From: a virus
Lineage: Duplodnaviria > Heunggongvirae > Uroviricota > Caudoviricetes
Strand: one strand, 5' to 3'
IMG/VR virus record: IMGVR_UViG_2778261316_000001
Location: 1-24,643 of that record
Length of the DNA stretch: 24,643 nt
The number at the start of each line of letters is the position of its first letter. Positions within the stretch are counted from its first letter, which is position 1. The translations under genes and the position numbers were made by a program. The notes under the pieces were generated by a model. That model was not told the origin of the DNA. It saw only the letters and a program-made list of their open reading frames with translations, and did no database searches. This document shows, piece after piece, positions 1 through 8,987 of this stretch.

Positions 1-111
1 TCCACCTGCAAAATAAGTGGGTGCTTAAGTTACAGGATCCTGGATTCGGGACCAGACGGTACTCAGACGACGCTTACACTTCAGGAGGCATAACAAAAGG
101 AGTACAACGAT

Positions 112-867
112 ATGTCAACTCAACCCTTAATGAAGCATGAAGTAGTTCTTCCGGTCATCGTTGACGGCTATCACTGGGCCTGTAATCAGGACCGTATGTG
201 GAACCTGAACGAGCTACATAGGACGCTTGGGCTTCCACCTGCTAAGGAGCCGGGTCAGTGGCGTAGCTCTCTAAAAGACAAGCTCGTTAAAGATGCAAAT
301 TTGCATGTTTTAGCAGGACGCTCCGGTGGCACACTGGCAACTGAGGAAGCGGCTATTGCCTATGCGATGTGGGTCTCTGACGATTTCTACCTAAAGGTCA
401 TCCGTGCTTTCATCGCTTTACGTAACGACAAAGTGTCAGAAGCTAAGGCGCTGGCGCAGGACTCCAAGGAACTTAAGGGTCTCAAGCCTATAGCCCGTAA
501 CTGGCTGGAAAAGCTGGATAACCCGAAGCAGGGCCACACCCTGACAGAGTGTCTTAAGAATCTCGACTTCAGGCTAGGTACAAAGCTGGTATCAGCCAAG
601 GCTCTTAATGCCGTATTGAAGTCAGGGCGTATAGCTAATCCCTTCTATAGTCGCAAGCTGGACGGTCGAGGACAGCCTGTATTTGACATCTCGTCAGGTG
701 GCTGGATGACCAGCTTCAATCCGAAGGGTCTGGAGAACGGCTATTACCGTCTTCAGGATAACCACTACAACGGTCAGGAGGGGCTTAAGGTCCTCACCAA
801 GGGTTACGAGTGGCTTAAGTCCAACAAGGTCGAGCTGGTTCGTCTGTGCGCTAAGGGAGGACTCTAA
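112..867 (+). CDS. KilA-N-like domain protein (phage antirepressor/regulator-like), 251 aa
   Basis: ORF preceded by AGGAGG...AAGGAG; N-terminal ~100 aa resemble KilA-N/APSES DNA-binding domain pattern (e.g. EEAAIAYAMWVSDDFYLKVIRAF). Domain call from memory, not searched. Confidence 0.45.
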   Translation: MSTQPLMKHEVVLPVIVDGYHWACNQDRMWNLNELHRTLGLPPAKEPGQWRSSLKDKLVKDANLHVLAGRSGGTLATEEAAIAYAMWVSDDFYLKVIRAFIALRNDKVSEAKALAQDSKELKGLKPIARNWLEKLDNPKQGHTLTECLKNLDFRLGTKLVSAKALNAVLKSGRIANPFYSRKLDGRGQPVFDISSGGWMTSFNPKGLENGYYRLQDNHYNGQEGLKVLTKGYEWLKSNKVELVRLCAKGGL

Positions 868-868
868 G

Positions 869-1036
869 ATGATCGACCCGCGCACACCTGAGGGTCGCAT
901 GACTCTCCGTTACCGTGGCTACCGGACTGAAGTCATCCTGAAGGAGCTTGGTCTAGACCCGGAAGATGAGACCCGCCAGCACCAATCACGAGATGAGCTA
1001 ATAGCCCAACTGGTCGCTATGAAACTGTCTGCCTAA
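869..1036 (+). CDS. Small hypothetical phage protein, 55 aa (MIDPRTPEGRMTLRYRGYRTEVILKELGLDPEDETRQHQSRDELIAQLVAMKLSA)
   Basis: ATG 1 nt after the stop of the upstream ORF, suggesting translational coupling; not in ORF track because shorter than 60 aa. Confidence 0.3.
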   Translation: MIDPRTPEGRMTLRYRGYRTEVILKELGLDPEDETRQHQSRDELIAQLVAMKLSA

Positions 1037-1132
1037 TTTTAAAACCTTTTGAGATGACCGATGCGGGGAGACCCGTAGGCGCTACTGCGTCTGCGATACC
1101 GATAGTCTCAACTCTCAAGAGGAGTAATTACT

Positions 1133-1642
1133 ATGTCTAGCAAAGCTAGTGCGTTATTCAACAACAATGACTGGAAACTCCATGTCACCGACATCAATCT
1201 CTACGAAAACACTGTGAGTCTGGACGGTCAGTCCTACCCACTGTCCTTCGCTATTAAGACCCTGATTCCGGGCTACCTGTCAGGACTGCCTGCCACCAGC
1301 CGCGAGTCCATGGAATTACTGGAAGCTCTGGCTGAAGCTGGCGTGACCATTGGAAACTTCTTCAGCAATGACCTGATGACCGCCTACCAACGTCGCCAGC
1401 AGAACAAGCGAGCCGAGGCTGAGCGTATCGCTAAAGAGCAGCGCATTCAGGCTGAGCGTATGCGTGAAGAGAACATGACCGATGCAGAGTGGCAGAAAGA
1501 GCTACAGCGCCGCAAACAGGTCAAAGCTGAGCGCCGGACCTATGGTGAGAACCTCCGCAGTGCTACCCATTCCGCTGGTCGCTCCCGTGCCGCTATTGTC
1601 GCTGACATTGAGTCAGGCGGTAACTGGATGGACAGCCTCTAA
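1133..1642 (+). CDS. Hypothetical phage protein with charged coiled-coil segment (scaffold-like), 169 aa
   Basis: RBS AAGAGGAG upstream; central AEAERIAKEQRIQAERMREE...QKELQRRKQVKAERR heptad-like charged region. Function inferred only from composition and position. Confidence 0.4.
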   Translation: MSSKASALFNNNDWKLHVTDINLYENTVSLDGQSYPLSFAIKTLIPGYLSGLPATSRESMELLEALAEAGVTIGNFFSNDLMTAYQRRQQNKRAEAERIAKEQRIQAERMREENMTDAEWQKELQRRKQVKAERRTYGENLRSATHSAGRSRAAIVADIESGGNWMDSL

Positions 1643-1716
1643 GACAGACACACAAGTGGTCCTGACCTGATGTCGGGACCCACAGTATCTAAAACTAATT
1701 TAGGAGATTGATTATT

Positions 1717-2706
1717 ATGACCATGATTAAAGATAGCTATCAGTTCGGCATTGAGCCAGTACGTATCACCGACACCGACAACATTCAGGTAAACGAAGGT
1801 CTTCCGACTAACGCCGACCCTCAGGTCTATGCCTTCCAGTTAGCTAAGCTGGTGAAGACCATGCTCAATTCTGTACTTAAAGACGCTCAGGATAACATTC
1901 CGTTCCCTGTAGAAGTCCTGCCAGCTCGCAACAGCTTACCGACGCCAATCATTGCTCACACTCTGGCTGACCGCTCTGTGGTCGTTCCTGTCCGTGGTGG
2001 TAAACGACCTGAAGTCGTGACCGCTCCGTCTGGTACTGAAATCACCGTTGAGCCGATTGAGCAAGCTATCCTCGTGTCCCACCAGACCAAGCTATGGGAC
2101 GCTAAGTCATCCACCGGATTCACTCAGGGCACACTTCAGCAGGACGCTATGAACATCTGTGAGAATGTGGTCCGTACCATCAACGCTCGCATGGTCGACG
2201 TTCTGGAGTCCTCCAAACTGTTGAAGACCGTAGAGCTTCCTGTCCTGACTGGTAGCCTGACCGCTAAGGCAGACGATATCATGGACGCTCTGTATGACAA
2301 CACCGAGCCATCTTTCGGTTCTGAGGTTTCTGACTATGGCATTATCGCCCATGAGTCACACATCAAGGCTCTCTCTCGTCTGGCTGCTAAGCAGGGCTTC
2401 TCTGGTGAAGACGCTATCGTGGATATGCTGGGTACCGACATCGCGTATTACAACGGTGAGGACAAAGGTGTGTTCATGTTGGCTAAACGCTTCACGGCCC
2501 TGAGCTTCGGCTGCTTCCGTCACGACGGTGAGAATATTACGGTCGTCCTTTCACGTGATGGCGACTCTCAGTCCCACGACTTGGAAATCCTCGGTAAAGT
2601 GTTCGTTGTCGCTGAAGCTGCTACGACCGTCAAGATGGGCACTGGCTCAGCTACTGCCGTCCTGCCTGTAGTCAAACGCCTGAAGTTCACCAAGACCGAA
2701 GCGTAA
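1717..2706 (+). CDS. Hypothetical phage structural protein, possible major capsid protein, about 329 aa
   Basis: TAGGAG 10 nt upstream of ATG at 1717 (track start 1708 is TTG); T/V/A-rich, low K/R composition and size typical of capsid proteins; follows the coiled-coil ORF. Product is a guess. Confidence 0.4.
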   Translation: MTMIKDSYQFGIEPVRITDTDNIQVNEGLPTNADPQVYAFQLAKLVKTMLNSVLKDAQDNIPFPVEVLPARNSLPTPIIAHTLADRSVVVPVRGGKRPEVVTAPSGTEITVEPIEQAILVSHQTKLWDAKSSTGFTQGTLQQDAMNICENVVRTINARMVDVLESSKLLKTVELPVLTGSLTAKADDIMDALYDNTEPSFGSEVSDYGIIAHESHIKALSRLAAKQGFSGEDAIVDMLGTDIAYYNGEDKGVFMLAKRFTALSFGCFRHDGENITVVLSRDGDSQSHDLEILGKVFVVAEAATTVKMGTGSATAVLPVVKRLKFTKTEA

Positions 2707-2711
2707 GACCA

Positions 2712-2951
2712 ATGGGTAAGAGCATTAGTAAAGGCTTCAGGTCCATCGCCAAGGGCCTGACAGGTGGTGCTGGGACTCAAGGTGGGGCTTCGGTCCCGCC
2801 TCCTGTAGCTCCTCCTGTAGCTCCTCCAGATGACGCTCAGCAAGCTGTAGTCGATACCCAAGGTCAGGAGACCGAGGGAGGTAAGACCATGAGCAGAGGT
2901 AAGTCTGGACTGAATATCAGCAGGACTTCAGGTGGTGGGCTATCACTGTGA
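2712..2951 (+). CDS. Small Gly/Pro-rich hypothetical protein, 79 aa (contains PPPVAPPVAPP)
   Basis: ORF starts 6 nt after the upstream stop, same strand as the block. Confidence 0.3.
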   Translation: MGKSISKGFRSIAKGLTGGAGTQGGASVPPPVAPPVAPPDDAQQAVVDTQGQETEGGKTMSRGKSGLNISRTSGGGLSL

Positions 2952-2961
2952 TTAACTAACT

Positions 2962-2987
2962 ATGGTCTGGACCAATGGTCTGGACCT
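2962..2987. repeat. Tandem direct repeat ATGGTCTGGACC x2 (1-nt spacer)
   Basis: Read directly: ctATGGTCTGGACCaATGGTCTGGACCtg; related copies (AAGTCCAGACC, GGTCCTGACC, AATGACACAAGTCTGG, AATGACACAAGGTCTTG) lie in 3280-3375. Confidence 0.5.
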
Positions 2988-3027
2988 GTTGTTAATGTAA
3001 TAATATAACATAACAGATAGGGGCTTT

Positions 3028-3183
3028 ATGTCTATGACTTCCGCAGACCTGAAGTCCCTCCTGACTCTGGTCTATAAACTCGTGTTCCTCTCTGTGGGTC
3101 TCTACATGGTCCTCTCTGGTCGACTCGGTGTGGATGTGTTCGACACTCTGTCTAAGGCTGTGGGTGGACTTCTAGGTCCTTAG
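3028..3183 (+). CDS. Small predicted membrane protein, 51 aa (MSMTSADLKSLLTLVYKLVFLSVGLYMVLSGRLGVDVFDTLSKAVGGLLGP)
   Basis: GGGG upstream of ATG; one hydrophobic helix; last ORF before the junction region. Confidence 0.3.
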   Translation: MSMTSADLKSLLTLVYKLVFLSVGLYMVLSGRLGVDVFDTLSKAVGGLLGP

Positions 3184-3376
3184 GTTTGGACTCACAGTGG
3201 GACCGATGGTTTCTGACAGAAAAATGTGAATGACCATCTAATACATTAAGCCAGCAGACTTCCCCCCATAGGCCCACCTCAAGTCCAGACCGAGGCCACC
3301 GGGGGTCCTGACCAGCCGTCTAGACATCCAGTCTAATGACACAAGTCTGGCACAAAGAATGACACAAGGTCTTGAC

Positions 3377-4834
3377 TCAATGCAGGACCTCAGGCCTACT
3401 AAGGGTCCGCTTCAAGTCCTTGTAGTTCCAGATGAACTTAATGGGCACATCCAGTTTATCTTTGCCGCGGACGCCGTCGCGGATTGCCGTCATTTGCGGA
3501 CCATGATCGATAGCATCTGTCCAGCTGAAGCAGGAGATTGACGTTTTGACCGGATTATCCAGCACCGGCAGGCGTTCTATGGTAATGGTATAGGTCGATT
3601 CACGCGCGCCACTATTTCCGCCGCTGATGCCGACATTGCCCGTCAAAATAGGTAACATAGCAATAGCGCGTGCAGTCAGTTCGCCGTTTGCCTGGCGTTG
3701 TGGCCCCCAGCCCTGGCAGATATAAGCGGGTTTTGCTGTGCCAATTTCACGCGCCAGTTTGATGATACGGTCCTCCGGGATACCGGTAATTTGCGAAGCC
3801 CACTGCGGCGTTTTCGCTGTTTTATCGTCACCTTCACCAAGAATATAGGCTTTATAGTGACCATTTTTGGGTGCATCTGCGGGTAAGGTTTTTTCGTCAT
3901 AGCCGACGCAGTATTTATCGAGAAAAGATTGATCAACGAGATTTTCGTTAATCAATACCCAGGCAATACCCGCAACCAGCGCGGCATCGGTGCCCGGGCG
4001 AATAGGGAGCCATTCGTCTTCACGACCGGCAGCCGTATCGGTATATCGCGGATCGATAACAATCATTTTGGCGTTCGATTTCTCGCGCGCTTTTTCAAGA
4101 AGATAAGTGATGCCACCACCGCTCATGCGGGTTTCTGCCGGGTTGTTACCAAACATCACGACCAGCTTGCTGTTTTCAATATCCGTGGTGCTGTTGCCAT
4201 CATTACTGCCGTAGGTGTAGGGCATGGCACAGGAAATTTGCGCAGTGCTGTAGGAGCCATACTGGTTGAGTGAACCGCCGTAGCAGTTCATCAGGCGTTT
4301 GACCGCCGAGGCTGATGGCGAAGAGCGGGTCATATTGCCGCCAACGATCCCCGAAGAGTACTGAATATATACAGCCTCATTGCCATATTGTTCGACGGTT
4401 TTCTTCAGGCTACTGGCGATAGTATCCAGGGCTTCATCCCAGCTAATCCGTTCGAATTTGCCTTCGCCGCGTTTGCCCACGCGTTTCATTGGGTAATTCA
4501 AGCGATCGGGATGATTAATACGCCGGCGGATGGAGCGACCGCGCAAACAGGCGCGTACCTGATGGTTGCCGTACTCATCGCTGCCGGTATTGTCAGTTTC
4601 CACCCAGGTCACTTCATTATCTTTAACATGTAGACGAAGTGCACAGCGGCTACCACAGTTGACGGAACAGGCACCCCAGACCACTTTTTCGCGGGCCTGT
4701 TGTACCGATGCTGCTGCATTGCGCAGGGTAAACGGCAAAGAAAAACCGCCTGCAGCCAGCGCCAGAGAACCTATCGCGGTAGATTTAACGAGTGTTCTGC
4801 GGCTGATGCCCACCATTCGTTCATTTTTGGACAT
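3377..4834 (-). pseudogene. ynfE: ynfE truncated: N-terminal ~471 codons of DMSO-reductase-family molybdoenzyme catalytic subunit, Tat signal present
   Basis: Begins MSKNERMVGISRRTLVKSTAIGSLALAAG (twin-arginine motif) with CxxCxxxC cluster; homology to YnfE/DmsA ends after ...VPIKFIWNY (about 3422); last 14 codons (KDLKRTLSRPEVLH) are read-through into foreign DNA. Full-length protein is about 800 aa. Confidence 0.8.
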
Positions 4835-4933
4835 AACTCACTCCCTGTTCTTTATCGTTATATAAAAGTTTATATATTGAATATTTAGCGCGCTAACAAT
4901 AGAGGGAGTCTACCCATTTTGGGTTAAGAATTA

Positions 4934-4947
4934 TTAATCCATATCAA
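4934..4947. promoter_or_regulatory. FNR-like site TTAAT-N4-ATCAA upstream of ynfE
   Basis: ttaatccatatcaa matches FNR consensus TTGAT-N4-ATCAA at 9/10 positions, about 100 bp upstream of the ynfE start; ynfE is an anaerobically expressed operon. Confidence 0.3.
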
Positions 4948-4993
4948 TAGAAGGGTATGAGTAATAAGGTGGGATTATGTTGTATGTTCAAAT

Positions 4994-5016
4994 CGCCGGA
5001 TTTGTCATATCCGGCG
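4994..5016 (-). terminator. Stem-loop downstream of ynfD (cgccggat...atccggcg), weak U tract
   Basis: 8-bp inverted repeat immediately after the ynfD stop at 5033; U-tract is poor, so intrinsic terminator is tentative. Confidence 0.3.
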
Positions 5017-5032
5017 TTCAGTCGATAATGTG

Positions 5033-5338
5033 TTACTGCGGTTCGGCAGGCGCGCCATCCTGGCTAGACTGCGCGGGAGCAGAGACGTTACCGCTGGTGG
5101 TGCGGGTATAGAGAATTTTATGCGTATCATTAGCGCAATGGCCGACGACCTGGGAATCAGGCTGATCAACCTGGTCATTGGGTACAATACTTAACGTGAA
5201 GCTGCTTTCGGGTACGCCATTATTGATAATGCGCTGTGATATATCGCTCTGTATGCGCTCACAGGATCCCGGCGCGGCGAGTACCGCGGGTGAGGCGAGG
5301 GCGAGCAGAAGCGCGGCACAGCAGGTTGAGAGTTTCAT
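5033..5338 (-). CDS. ynfD: YnfD, DUF1161 secreted protein, 101 aa
   Basis: MKLSTCCAALLLALASPAVLAAP... signal peptide; matches recalled K-12 YnfD; start taken at the internal Met of the track ORF. Confidence 0.85.
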   Translation of the reverse strand: MKLSTCCAALLLALASPAVLAAPGSCERIQSDISQRIINNGVPESSFTLSIVPNDQVDQPDSQVVGHCANDTHKILYTRTTSGNVSAPAQSSQDGAPAEPQ

Positions 5339-5445
5339 CATAAGCTCCTTACGCGAAGATAACTTCTTTAAGCATAGCATTTAACGTGTAAAGTACTGTA
5401 TTTGCTACTATGATTGAGAATCATCTCTACTCTCTGGTGACTGTT

Positions 5446-6156
5446 GTGAAATACAAATTACTACCATGCTTACTCGCGATATTCCTCACAGGATGTGACC
5501 GCACAGAGGTAACACTTTCATTTACCCCTGAGATGGCCAGTTTCTCTAATGAATTCGATTTTGATCCGCTGCGTGGTCCGGTAAAAGATTTCACTCAGAC
5601 ATTAATGGATGAGCAAGGTGAAGTGACGAAACGTGTTTCTGGGACTTTGTCGGAAGAAGGCTGTTTTGATTCACTCGAATTACTGGATCTGGAAAATAAT
5701 ACCGTGGTCGCTCTGGTACTGGACGCCAATTATTACCGTGATGCCGAGACGCTGGAGAAGAGAGTACGTTTACAGGGAAAATGCCAGCTAGCAGAATTAC
5801 CTTCTGCCGGGGTGAGTTGGGAAACCGATGATAATGGCTTCGTGATTAAAGCCAGCAGCAAACAAATGCAGATGGAATATCGCTATGATGATCAGGGTTA
5901 TCCGCTGGGTAAAACCACGAAAAGTAACGACAAAACATTATCTGTCAGCGCCACGCCATCAACGGATCCGATCAAAAAATTAGATTACACAGCGGTTACT
6001 TTACTGAATAATCAACGGGTTGGTAATGTAAAACAGAGCTGTGAATATGACAGTCACGCTAATCCGGTGGACTGTCAGCTAATCATTGTTGATGAAGGAG
6101 TAAAACCCGCCGTCGAACGGGTTTACACCATTAAAAATACGATCGATTATTATTAA
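5446..6156 (+). CDS. ynfC: YnfC, UPF0257 lipoprotein, 236 aa
   Basis: (V)KYKLLPCLLAIFLTGC lipobox; GTG start at 5446 gives the K-12 length; conserved position between ynfD and speG. Confidence 0.85.
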   Translation: MKYKLLPCLLAIFLTGCDRTEVTLSFTPEMASFSNEFDFDPLRGPVKDFTQTLMDEQGEVTKRVSGTLSEEGCFDSLELLDLENNTVVALVLDANYYRDAETLEKRVRLQGKCQLAELPSAGVSWETDDNGFVIKASSKQMQMEYRYDDQGYPLGKTTKSNDKTLSVSATPSTDPIKKLDYTAVTLLNNQRVGNVKQSCEYDSHANPVDCQLIIVDEGVKPAVERVYTIKNTIDYY

Positions 6157-6158
6157 TG

Positions 6159-6719
6159 CTATTGTGCGGTCGGCTTCAGGAGAGTCTGACCCGGTGTTTT
6201 GTGCTCTGCCAGATACTGATGCTGGAATATACACATGCGAATGGCATTACGATATTGACCATTAATAAAGAACTCGTGCATCAATTCACCTTCAACCGAA
6301 AAGCCAAGCTTGCGGTAAATGTGAATCGCTTTTTCATTCTCTTTATCAACGATCAGATACAGCTTATAGAGATTGAGAACGGTAAAGCCATAGTCCATTG
6401 CTAATTTGGCGGCACGGGTTGCCAGACCTTTCCCCTGATACTCCGGGGAGATAATTATCTGAAATTCTGCGCGGCGATGAACATGGTTAATTTCCACCAG
6501 CTCCACCAGACCGGCTTTTTCGCCGTCACATTCCACCACAAAGCGCCGTTCGCTCTGATCGTGAATATGCTTATCATACAGATCAGAGAGTTCAACAAAG
6601 GCTTCGTAGGGTTCCTCAAACCAGTAACGCATCACACTGGCGTTATTGTCGAGTTGATGTACATAGCGTAAATCTTCACGCTCCAGCGGGCGTAGCTTAA
6701 CACTGTGGGCGCTTGGCAT
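6159..6719 (-). CDS. speG: Spermidine N1-acetyltransferase SpeG, 186 aa
   Basis: Full-length match to recalled SpeG ([26 protein letters not shown]...), GNAT fold. Confidence 0.92.
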   Translation of the reverse strand: MPSAHSVKLRPLEREDLRYVHQLDNNASVMRYWFEEPYEAFVELSDLYDKHIHDQSERRFVVECDGEKAGLVELVEINHVHRRAEFQIIISPEYQGKGLATRAAKLAMDYGFTVLNLYKLYLIVDKENEKAIHIYRKLGFSVEGELMHEFFINGQYRNAIRMCIFQHQYLAEHKTPGQTLLKPTAQ

Positions 6720-6753
6720 AACGTGTCCTTACATTCCTTAAATCAATAACAGG

Positions 6754-7095
6754 TTAGGGGGTAATAACGCGGCCAGTTCGACGGTCCAGGCAGCGCAAAG
6801 TATTGGGCTCCCAGTAGGCATTGATGTTGGCGCTTTGCTCACATTTATCGCGGTTATCAAAAGCGGCGTCGGCTTTATCCCACTCTTTTTCAGTGCGTTT
6901 ATTCACTTTCTGGCGCAGATTGCGCGTGTCATTCCATTGCTCTTTTTCCATAGCGGCGTGCTGGCGGCTTTGTGCACTGTCGCCAGACTCAATCACCAGT
7001 TTGTTAGTTTCGGCATGAACAGTTGTGCTCAATGCCAGTGCGCAAGGCAGCAGAATAGCGAGCAGGCCGATTCGTTTGCTGAGAGTGATTTTCAT
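6754..7095 (-). CDS. ynfB: YnfB, UPF0482 secreted protein, 113 aa
   Basis: [28 protein letters not shown] signal peptide; conserved neighbour of speG. Confidence 0.85.
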
Positions 7096-7229
7096 AATTC
7101 ATTCCCTGTATGAATGATTAAAGGTGATTCTACACCATCCACTGCGGACGCAAAACGTACCAGGAGGGTGTTTATATTGATGATATTATGTCGCCCTATA
7201 ACTATACATGATGTCAATAAGAGACAAAG

Positions 7230-7556
7230 ATGATTAAAACAACGTTACTATTTTTTGCTACTGCGCTGTGTGAAATTATTGGATGCTTTCTGCCCTGGTT
7301 GTGGTTAAAACGAAACGCCAGTATCTGGCTGTTGCTTCCGGCGGGGATTTCACTGGCGCTGTTTGTCTGGTTGTTAACGTTGCATCCAGCGGCGAGTGGG
7401 CGTGTTTACGCGGCTTATGGTGGCGTTTATGTCTGCACGGCGTTGATGTGGTTGCGCGTTGTGGATGGCGTGAAACTGACTCTTTATGACTGGACGGGTG
7501 CGTTGATTGCGCTTTGCGGCATGTTGATCATTGTTGCGGGCTGGGGGCGCACGTAG
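7230..7556 (+). CDS. ynfA: YnfA, UPF0060 small inner-membrane protein, 108 aa
   Basis: Four hydrophobic helices; [26 protein letters not shown] matches recalled YnfA. Confidence 0.88.
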
Positions 7557-7761
7557 GAACATAAATCCATTTTATCAATAAGATAAGAGGAAGTGTCAGC
7601 TGACAAAAGGTATTCTATTTCATCTTTTGTCAACCATTCACAGCGCAAATATACGCCTTTTTTTGTGATCACTCCGGCTTTTTTCGATCTTTATACTTGT
7701 ATGGTAGTAGCTCAGTTGCGTAGATTTCATGCATCACGACAAGCGATGCAAGGAATCGAAC

Positions 7762-8976
7762 ATGAAGATCGTAAAGGCTGAAGTTTTTGTTACCTGTCCG
7801 GGGCGTAATTTCGTCACATTAAAAATCACCACTGAGGACGGTATTACGGGCCTTGGGGATGCCACCCTCAATGGACGTGAGCTTTCCGTGGCCTCTTATT
7901 TGCAGGATCACCTTTGTCCGCAGCTTATTGGTCGCGATGCGCACCGTATCGAAGATATCTGGCAGTTTTTCTATAAAGGTGCTTACTGGCGTCGCGGTCC
8001 GGTTACGATGTCGGCCATTTCAGCGGTTGATATGGCGCTGTGGGATATTAAAGCCAAAGCTGCCAACATGCCGCTTTACCAGTTACTCGGCGGCGCGTCT
8101 CGTGAAGGGGTGATGGTTTATTGCCATACCACCGGTCACAGTATTGATGAAGCTCTGGATGATTATGCCCGTCATCAAGAGCTTGGATTCAAAGCCATCC
8201 GCGTGCAGTGCGGAATCCCTGGTATGAAAACCACCTACGGCATGTCGAAAGGTAAAGGTCTGGCTTATGAACCCGCAACCAAAGGACAGTGGCCGGAAGA
8301 GCAGCTGTGGTCGACGGAGAAATACCTCGATTTCATGCCGAAATTGTTTGACGCGGTACGTAACAAGTTTGGTTTTAATGAACATTTGCTGCATGACATG
8401 CACCATCGCTTAACGCCTATTGAAGCGGCGCGCTTTGGTAAAAGCATTGAAGATTATCGCATGTTCTGGATGGAAGACCCGACGCCTGCGGAAAACCAGG
8501 AATGCTTCCGTCTCATTCGCCAACATACCGTCACACCCATCGCAGTGGGTGAAGTCTTCAACAGCATCTGGGACTGCAAACAACTGATTGAAGAGCAACT
8601 CATCGATTATATCCGCACCACGCTGACCCATGCAGGCGGAATTACCGGTATGCGCCGGATTGCCGATTTTGCTTCGCTGTATCAGGTACGTACTGGCTCA
8701 CACGGTCCTTCCGATTTGTCACCAGTCTGCATGGCTGCGGCGCTGCACTTTGATCTGTGGGTCCCCAATTTCGGTGTCCAGGAATACATGGGTTATTCCG
8801 AACAAATGCTCGAAGTCTTCCCGCACAACTGGACTTTCGATAACGGCTATATGCATCCGGGAGACAAACCGGGTCTTGGTATCGAATTCGATGAAAAGCT
8901 GGCGGCGAAATATCCCTATGAACCTGCTTATCTACCAGTCGCACGTCTGGAAGATGGCACGCTGTGGAACTGGTAA
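7762..8976 (+). CDS. rspA: RspA, starvation-sensing protein, mannonate dehydratase-like enolase superfamily, 404 aa
   Basis: [40 protein letters not shown]... typical enolase-superfamily N-terminus; start at internal Met of track ORF; operon with rspB. Confidence 0.9.
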
Positions 8977-8987
8977 GGAGTAAGATA

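Larger units (their letters stand above)
1..3421. mobile_element. Phage-like foreign segment (extends beyond left window edge) abutting truncated ynfE; affiliation unknown
   Basis: Six same-strand ORFs with strong Shine-Dalgarno sites and phage-like content; ynfE homology stops abruptly at about 3421; short GGTCTGGACC-type repeats near the junction. Confidence 0.5.

Noticed and set aside
1-3421. T7-like (Autographiviridae) identity for the left-hand block
   Set aside because: No T7/SP6-type 23-bp promoter consensus found, gene order does not match gene 8-9-10 synteny, and the proteins do not resemble recalled T7 gp9/gp10.
3377-3421. C-terminal 14 codons of the ynfE ORF as genuine protein sequence
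   Set aside because: DmsA-family homology ends before this point; the tail is read-through into inserted DNA until the first stop.
7560-7760. Palindrome TGACAAAAG...CTTTTGTCA and GTGATCAC motif upstream of rspA as a CRP site
   Set aside because: Half-site spacing does not fit TGTGA-N6-TCACA; could not be supported without a matrix scan.
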